From the human T2T-CHM13v2.0 reference genome, Homo sapiens: a stretch of DNA of 64,000 nt. The notes beneath the pieces are model-generated. The model had not been told where the DNA came from. It saw only the letters and a program-made list of their open reading frames with translations, and searched no databases. Of the stretch, positions 46,926 to 64,000 are shown one piece after another. The stretch lies in assembly GCF_009914755.1 (NCBI RefSeq), contig NC_060931.1; one strand, given 5' to 3'. A program made the position numbers and the translations under genes. How positions within the stretch are numbered: the first letter of the stretch is position 1; each line of letters opens with the position of its first letter.

Positions 46926-47246
46926 GCTGGGAGCAGTTGTACTTGCCTGTAGTCCCAGATACTCGGGAGGCTGAGGTGGAAGGGTCCCTTGAGCCCAGGA
47001 GTTCTGTGCCACCCAGAATGATGGATCTGCACTAAGTTTGGCATCAATATGGCACCCTCCCAGGAGCGGGGAACCACCAGGTTGCCTAAGGAAGGGTGAA
47101 CTGGCCCAGGTCAGAGATGGAGCCGATCAGAACTCTCATGCAGATCAGTAGTGGGACCATGCCTGTGAATAGTCGCTGCCCTCCAGCCTGGGCAACATAG
47201 TGAGACCCTGTCTCTAAGAAACAAGCAATAAGAAAAGAAAAAGAAA
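46926..47246 (+). pseudogene. 7SL RNA (RN7SL) retropseudogene
   Basis: Alu-like ends enclose the 7SL S-domain (GCACTAAGTTTGGCATCAATATGG..ACCACCAGGTTGCCTAAGGA.GGGTGAACTGGCCCAGGTC..GATCAGTAGTGGGA..GCCTGTGAATAG). Diverged, with an A-rich tail. Confidence 0.92.
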
Positions 47247-48117
47247 AGGGACCAAGGCAGGGCTTTGGCAAAACACAAAGCAAGCCAGCCAATCTTTAAC
47301 CCCAGCCTTGGGCTTCTAAACTGGGATTCCTCCACACTTACTCCTTTTTATTTTCCTCCCATTTGCTTCTCTCTTCAGTTCTCCTGAACATTCTCTAGGT
47401 CTGGGCCTTAATGGGTACTTATGAGTTAAAAAAAAGAAATGATGATGGGTTACCTAGGAGTGGTCAACGTATCTATTACTTCTAGGTAAAAAACACAATG
47501 TTTTAAGTACCTGTAAAAACAACATGTCTTGGCTGGGCGTGGTGGCTCATGCCTGTAATCCCAGTACTTTGGGAGGCTGAGGCAGGCAGATCACGAGGTC
47601 AGGAGCTCAAGACCAGTCTGGCCAGCATGATGAAACCCTGTCTCTACTAAAAATACAAAAAATTAACCGGGCATGGTAGTGGGTGCCTGTAATCCCAGCT
47701 ACTTGGGAGGCTGAGGCAGGAGAATTGCTTGAACCTGGGAGGCGGAGTTGCAGTGAGCCGAGATTGCGCCACTGCACTCCAGCCTGGGCGACAGAGTGAG
47801 ACTCATCTCAAAAAACAAAACAAAACAAAAAAATACATGTTTCCAGAAAGCTCCTAAAAAATTAGTATCAAGAATTTACGATCGGGCAAGAAGCAGGAAG
47901 CAAGTGGCAAGTGGGACTCTCAGTACCTTTATAATATAGTAGGTGGTGTTTGCCTTCTTTGGTTTCAGTAAGAACTTTTGGGCGATCATCCCATCTTCGA
48001 CACTTGAAAACATTTTCCAGGAGTGATCTTGGTGTGGTTTACTCAGTCTAAGGCCATTCATTCCTTAAGGCTGGCCAAGCATTTGTTTTGCAGATTTTTC
48101 TTCTTAGAAAAATTTAG

Positions 48118-48423
<306 letters not shown>

Positions 48424-48489
48424 TGAGCCACCGCGCCCGGCCAATTCCAACTAATTTTTTTTTTTTTTTTATTATATGGGGAAGGTTAC

Positions 48490-48800
48490 TCAGTCATTCA
48501 ACAAACATTTGGGCACTTCCACAGGTACACCAAATACTGTGCTAAGCACCTGCTGCTCATCAATAGTGATTAAGACAGACTCAAGCCCTATCCTAGAAGA
48601 TTTGATAGTCCAGTAGGGGAGGCAGACAACAAATACATAAATATAAAAATATAAACACTTTGCTTTAAGGGTTAGGAATGAAACCAACAGATTGTTGAGA
48701 CAGAGGATACAGTACCGGTAGGGGACATAGTCAGGGTGATCAGGAACAACTTCCCTCGCAAGGTGACATTCGAGCGAAGACTTACAGGAGGAGAAAGGCG
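48490..48800. mobile_element. L2 3'-end fragment upstream of the ACTR3B promoter
   Basis: CATTCAACAAACATTT..ACTGTGCTAAGCAC..CCCTATCCTAGAAGATTTGATAGTCCAGTAGGGGAGGCAGACA. Confidence 0.6.
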
Positions 48801-48879
48801 CCAGGCCTCGGAAATGGGGTCACGTTCATGTAAGTCAGTTAAAAATAAACCCCAATCTCTCCAGCAGCAAGGTTGGACG

Positions 48880-49700
48880 TATGGGGCCAAGAAGCCTCGC
48901 TGCCAGCACTAAAGATGGCGCGCCGGAGTGGGGGTGGGGGTGTTGGGGGAGGCGGGGCGTGCGCGCGTTCTGATTGGCCGACCGGGGAGTGACGTCACGT
49001 GTCGGCCGCCGAGCATCCGGGCTCCCGGCAGCGGCGCTGCGGCGGCTCGCGGGAGACGCTGCGCGCGGGGCTAGCGGGCGGCGGAGCGGACGGCGACGGG
49101 GCGCTCTCGGGCTGCCGGCGGGGCCGAGCGCCGCGCGTCCCGAGCATGGCAGGCTCCCTGCCTCCCTGCGTGGTGGACTGTGGCACCGGGTAAGAGCAGC
49201 TCGGCGCCCACCCCCGCTCCTCCGCGGCCCCGCTCCCGGCCCCTGGCGTCCACCTCGCCTGGAGGTCGAGCTGCGTCCGTCGCCCCGGGCTTGAGCCCCG
49301 CGATCACCTGGGCAGGTGGGGCGCCGGCCGCCGCTTCCCTCCAAGCCTTGCCTTGACGTCGTAAAACCCCCTCTTCCCTGCCGGGAAGGGCCACAAGAGG
49401 AAAAGCACGGAGGGTAGGGACGCGGTGCCCACTCTGAGCGAGCCCGGCGCTCCTCGCCTCCCCCGCCCACGTGGCCGGGCCCCTGGACCCGCAGCCCGGC
49501 TCCGGCCGTCGCCGGGGTGGACACCCTGAGGGACACCGGGAGCGCGGGATCTCCCCTCCTAGGAATATTCGCCAGCGTGAGGCACAGATCATCACTGCAG
49601 ATCCTTTAACGTCACTCATCTCCTAGTGAACGGTGTCCCTGCCTTCCAGCGTTCTCAGCACTGGCCCTCGTTCTGTCCCCGCGTGTGCGTGTCATTCCTC
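48880..49700 (+). promoter_or_regulatory. ACTR3B: CpG-island promoter / 5'UTR of ACTR3B
   Basis: Very GC- and CpG-rich. YY1-type AAGATGGCG 48912-48920, GC box GGGGAGGCGGGGC 48946-48958, reverse CCAAT (ATTGG) 48973-48977, perfect CRE TGACGTCA 48990-48997 overlapping E-box CACGTG 48996-49001. No TATA box seen. Confidence 0.9.
49146..49189 (+). CDS. ACTR3B: Actin-related protein 3B, first coding exon (44 nt, phase-2 intron follows; remaining exons outside window)
   Basis: ATG at 49146 (GAGCATGG) encodes MAGSLPPCVVDCGT-G, the ARP3B N-terminus (ARP3 has MAGRLPACVVDCGTG). Splice donor GG|GTAAGA at 49189/49190. Lies in a CpG island. The expected exon 2 peptide (YTKLGYAGN...) is not in the window. 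Confidence 0.96.
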
Positions 49701-51609
49701 CTGGCTGAGGATTCTTTACCACCTACTTGTGGAGAGAATAGCATCGATCTCCCAACTTGATACCATTTTTACTGCCCTCCCTGCGCTTTTCCAGTATGAA
49801 ATGGCACACTCAGGCCAAGCTGTCCCTTTGGTTTGCATAGATTTGCCTTTTCGCTGAAAAATGATGTGTTTAAAAAGACTCCATTTTGAAAAATACCCTA
49901 AATTTGGGAGAGCATGTTTGTGGAATTGTGGTAGAGGTTTTTGTTTTTAACTTTTTGAGTGTGACCACTTCTTTCGTTGCTGTTAAGCTATTAAAAAGAG
50001 ATCTTAGGAAATGCCCTGAAGTATCGGTGACCCAAGTTAGCTGGTTGTAGTAAGGTGATTGCTGAATCCATGTAGCTGGTAGTTTGGGAATACAAGCTTG
50101 CCTGCCTGCGTTATGGGTGTAGTGCTTAGTAAAATAGCCTGGAAGTAAATTTGGTCTCTTAGCGATTTTTTTCAAGAAGGGATTTTAATCATTTTTGCCA
50201 CAAAATGTAACATGGCATGTTCACCTTACCCTTGATTCTTTTCTATAGAAAAATGCACTTGGTTTGGTTTCCTTGACAACCTTGTGGGGGTGCCTTCTTT
50301 AGTTTGCTACAGTCCATCTCCTACTGTTAGTTCCTTCCTTTTGCTGCTGAAGCGACCAGAAGTGGTTGTGGACTGGAAAAATCCTCTTTGCTTGTGTGAA
50401 TTCTTTTTGAAATACACGTCATATCAAGCTTTGTAGCTCTTTATTTTAGAACTTGCTTTTCTACCTAAAACACAAGCCAAAATCAGCGTTGTCGATACTA
50501 CAGCTCCCCTCCCTCAATTATTGACACCCTTAACTCATGCCCTCCCCCAATGGGTTCACCTCAGGTCCCCTCAGGTCTGGTTGTGTCAAGAGTGAAACCA
50601 GTGGGTGAAAGTATTTTTCATTTCCACATTTGCATGTGAGATTTTTGCTTTGTAGTTTTAGTCTTGCAGAACTATTAAAATATAAAGGAATTCTTGGTAG
50701 TAGCAATAAAATAATGCTCACAGAGTTGTCATACCTTTAAGATTAGTAAGTCGTGGACCTTACTCATCTTTCTTGCTATAAATACCTAAAATGTCGTGCT
50801 CAGTTTTGACCTTTTGAGGTAAGTGATTAATGTAACTTGGCTAACTTGGAGATTCAACTTCTATAGATCATTGTTTTGTGGCCCAAAGTCATGCTTCAGA
50901 AGTTGGTGTCAAGACTTAGAAACGGTGGCAGGGAATCTCCATATGAATTCCCCATATCGAGTGTATGGCCAGAAGGAGCCTGAAAGAGCCCGAATTTACC
51001 AACTTGAGCACATCAGTAGTTCTTACATTTCCCAGAGAGCCAAAATGATTTTTGGATTTAGTTTTGCCTCAAAATAGGACAAAAAGTGGTAAAATTCAGA
51101 TAAAAATAACCAAGCCAAAGGAAAAGAACGGACCTAGGAAGTCACCCTGAGCTTTAGCCCAGTGGCTGCTGAAGTTGGTCCGCACATTCGACCTTAGTCT
51201 TCCTGTCTGACAACATCATAAGAGTCATGGTTATGTAATTCCTGTCATCAGAAATCAAGAGAAATACCTGTTTCTTGGGTGAAAAAAGCCTTTTTTTGTA
51301 GTACTAAATTGTAAAAGCATTGAGCTATACATAGTGGGCACTAATGATTTATTGGACAGTGTGATAAACAGTATTTTTTACAAATAAATTTCATCCCAGT
51401 ATCCTTGAATCCTCCTCAGGTAAACCCCGAGACTACCTGAGTAAGCAGTGATGTGCTGGAGGCCAGGATAATATGGACAAAGGGATCTGCTGAGTCCAAA
51501 AATAAAGCTTCATCTATTTAAAGGGATGACTAGGCTGCATAGTTTTCAGAGAATATTTCACAACTCCGGTCTCACTTCTCTGAGCCAAACTTTTCAAATG
51601 AAGTCTTTT

Positions 51610-53930
<2,321 letters not shown>

Positions 53931-54167
53931 AAAGCAAGGATATCTTTTTGTATTTTTTGCCTGAGTATCTGTGGCTTAGATTTTTAGAAATGGGATTTCT
54001 GGGTCAAAGGGCAAATGCATATGTAATTTTGCTAGGCAGTGTCAAATTACACTCATTAGTGTGCATTCTCACCAGTAATGTGTGAGGATGCCTGTGTCTT
54101 ACAGACTCACCAATAGAGCCTATTGCCAATTTGTAAAATTACCAACCTAGAATAAATGATATCTTAA

Positions 54168-55240
<1,073 letters not shown>

Positions 55241-55347
55241 ATGATAATCTTCGCATTTATTTTTTTCGGTCTCTTCATTTCTCTAACTTTTCTCTGGGGT
55301 TTTGGTCTTTTGCTTCTTCATTTTTAGAAGCTCTTCATGTATTAAGG

Positions 55348-55859
55348 TCTGTTCAGGGGTTCCGCAGACCACTCCCAGTTCCAGTGACTTGCTAGGAGGA
55401 ATCAGGACTACGGTGAAAATGTACAAAGCAAAAACAGCCAAGGGAAAAGATGTGGGGTGGAGCCTAGAGGAAACCGGGGCAAGCTTCCCGAGTCCTCACC
55501 CAGTGCAGCCGTGCAGGATGCAGTTAATTCCTCCAGCATCAGGCTGTGACAACACGTGTGCAATGCTCCGTACCAGGGAAGCTCCTCAGAGACGCAGGGC
55601 CCAAGGTTTTCACTGGGGACTTGTCATGCAGGCACCCTGTGCATAGCACGTGCCGGAATTCCAGAGTCCCAGAAGGAAAGCAAGGCATTGGCATAAACCA
55701 CGTTGTTTGCCACTCTAGGAGCAGTGAACTACTTTTAGCATTTAGGGAATGGTGGGAACGCCTGAACTCCAAGATCCTAGATACCAATTAAAGGCCATTC
55801 CTCCAAGCAGGACTTTCTAAGAGACAGCAGTCTCAGGCCCATTAACTTTCTTCTGCACA
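55348..55859 (-). mobile_element. MER21-family LTR
   Basis: GGGGTTCCGCAGACCACTCCCAGTTC..CAAAAACAGCCAAGGGAAAAG..TAATTCCTCCAGCA..CAGCAGTCTCAGGCC..TTCTGCACA resembles recalled MER21 consensus. Confidence 0.7.
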
Positions 55860-59100
<3,241 letters not shown>

Positions 59101-60217
59101 CTCTCTCCCTTTCTCCGTTTCAGCATCTGATTTGTAAAAAAAAAAAAAAGCCTTTTACTTCTAATTAAAAAAATTATTAGTAGTCAACAAATTTATTATA
59201 TTTTATGTGCATTCTTTTCATGTTGCATTGGACCTGTATTGATAGAGGACAGAGCCATAAATTACTATACTCTTTCCCTTACAACTGCCATAAAAGCTTC
59301 ATTTAGGAAAAGTTCTCTGTAGCATTGATTTTACCATATGTCTTATATCCTTTTCATACTAAAAGATTCTTTAATAGTTTATTGGGCATATGGTGCTATA
59401 AATATACATTCATGTAACACTACTTCCTGGAACCTCCTAAAAATGAACAAAACTAACCAAAAATAGAGAAGAAAACAGCTAAAATTCATATCACATTTTA
59501 TGAAATTTCCAGTGAAGTGTGGATCCATTTGCAGGAGGATACAGAGATGTGGCATCCCCGCCCATCTCTGGCTGGTTGCAGGTGTCTAAGCATAGGTTTC
59601 TGAAGGTACTACTCACAGTCGATACAGCAGAGCTAGGAGCTGATGGATGAATAGACCATTGCCAAAGAAGCATATTCTGGCAGCAGCTCCTTTCCATCCT
59701 AAAATATAGCAGGGCATGCTGGGCTGAAAGAGGGATCATGTAGTAATGGTGTCATTATGTTCTTTGACTTTGTTTGACTAAAGGAGAAAATCTGTGAGGA
59801 TGACCAGCTTATATCTGATCAGGAATTGCTAATATCTAAGATAAGGCATTTCCCCTTAAACCCGCCTGTCCTCCACAATGAACTTTGGAATTAGATATAC
59901 GCCCAGAACAAAGGATTTAGTAGAATTAGTGGGAAAGTATACCCAAGTTCAGGCTCTGATTGCTCACTGTTCAGCCAATTCTTCTAAACAACCAGAGGAC
60001 TACACAGAGATTTCAAGACATTGTATTCAGTGTCATTGTAAGCATGGCGAAGAGTTGTTGTTGAGCAAGCAAGTCCAGGGAGACCTGCACCCATTCAAAG
60101 CTGAGTGTGAAGCAGAAAGGACCCATCATGGGACTACGCACAGAAAATAAGGAAGGAAACATAACAAGCAAAAATAGATGAAAAAGTATACTTTGGAAAG
60201 AGTACTTCAGTAATTAG

Positions 60218-62980
<2,763 letters not shown>

Positions 62981-63011
62981 AAAAATGTTTGATTTTATCA
63001 TTGTACTCTGA

Positions 63012-63728
<717 letters not shown>

Positions 63729-64000
63729 TAAAATTTTGTTTTGCTTTGGTTTTAGTGGGGCTTTGGGAAAGAGTGAAATTAGATAATATGTTTAGTCCAT
63801 CATTTAAACAGTTAAAACACTTTTAAAACACTTTAACTGGAAGTCAGAGTTTACCTTACAATAATGTTCAGAATCCACAAAAGGGCAGTGTGCTTTATGA
63901 TCTTATATATACGAAGTAACATAGAGAAAAAAAAAGTACTCAGAAGGAGAAATAGAAAATTTAAGGACAGGCAAAGATACTGGATTTGGATAAAATATTT

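Noticed and set aside
46926-47215. Functional 7SL RNA gene
   Set aside because: Many substitutions, an altered segment near 47005-47030 and an A-rich tail indicate a retrocopy.
48835-49619. Antisense 233-aa and 182-aa ORFs across the promoter
   Set aside because: Expected stop-poor frames in a CpG island. Arg/Gly/Pro-rich with no recognisable homology.

Overview
Primate (most likely human) genomic DNA, extremely Alu-dense, with no prokaryotic features. The only real protein-coding sequence I can support is exon 1 of ACTR3B (ATG 49146, 44 coding nt, MAGSLPPCVVDCGT-G, donor GG|GTAAGA), inside a CpG-island promoter. Positions 49190-64000 are intron 1 and exon 2 is not in the window. The 49 kb upstream is intergenic. 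It holds a processed ATP5PB (ATP synthase subunit b) pseudogene, a 7SL pseudogene, and solo LTRs (MER51, LTR12C, LTR10, THE1, MER4-group, MST/MLT1), plus L1, L2, MIR and DNA-transposon relics. Intron 1 contains a 5'-truncated retrocopy of the beta-actin (ACTB) 3'UTR. Almost all ORFs in the track are Alu or low-complexity artefacts. I found no convincing new multi-gene system. The most unusual observations are: (1) a 189-bp, ~98%-identical inverted duplication of local DNA pasted into an Alu; (2) a candidate regulatory cluster of LTR12C, that inverted repeat and an LTR10 p53 site at 18.5-23.6 kb; (3) the sense-oriented ACTB 3'UTR retrocopy, which retains an AGTAAA signal; (4) apparently ancestral residues in the ATP5PB retrocopy; and (5) weak, speculative exon-like relics in the unique islands upstream. 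Repeat subfamily names come from recalled consensus sequences and need RepeatMasker/Dfam confirmation.
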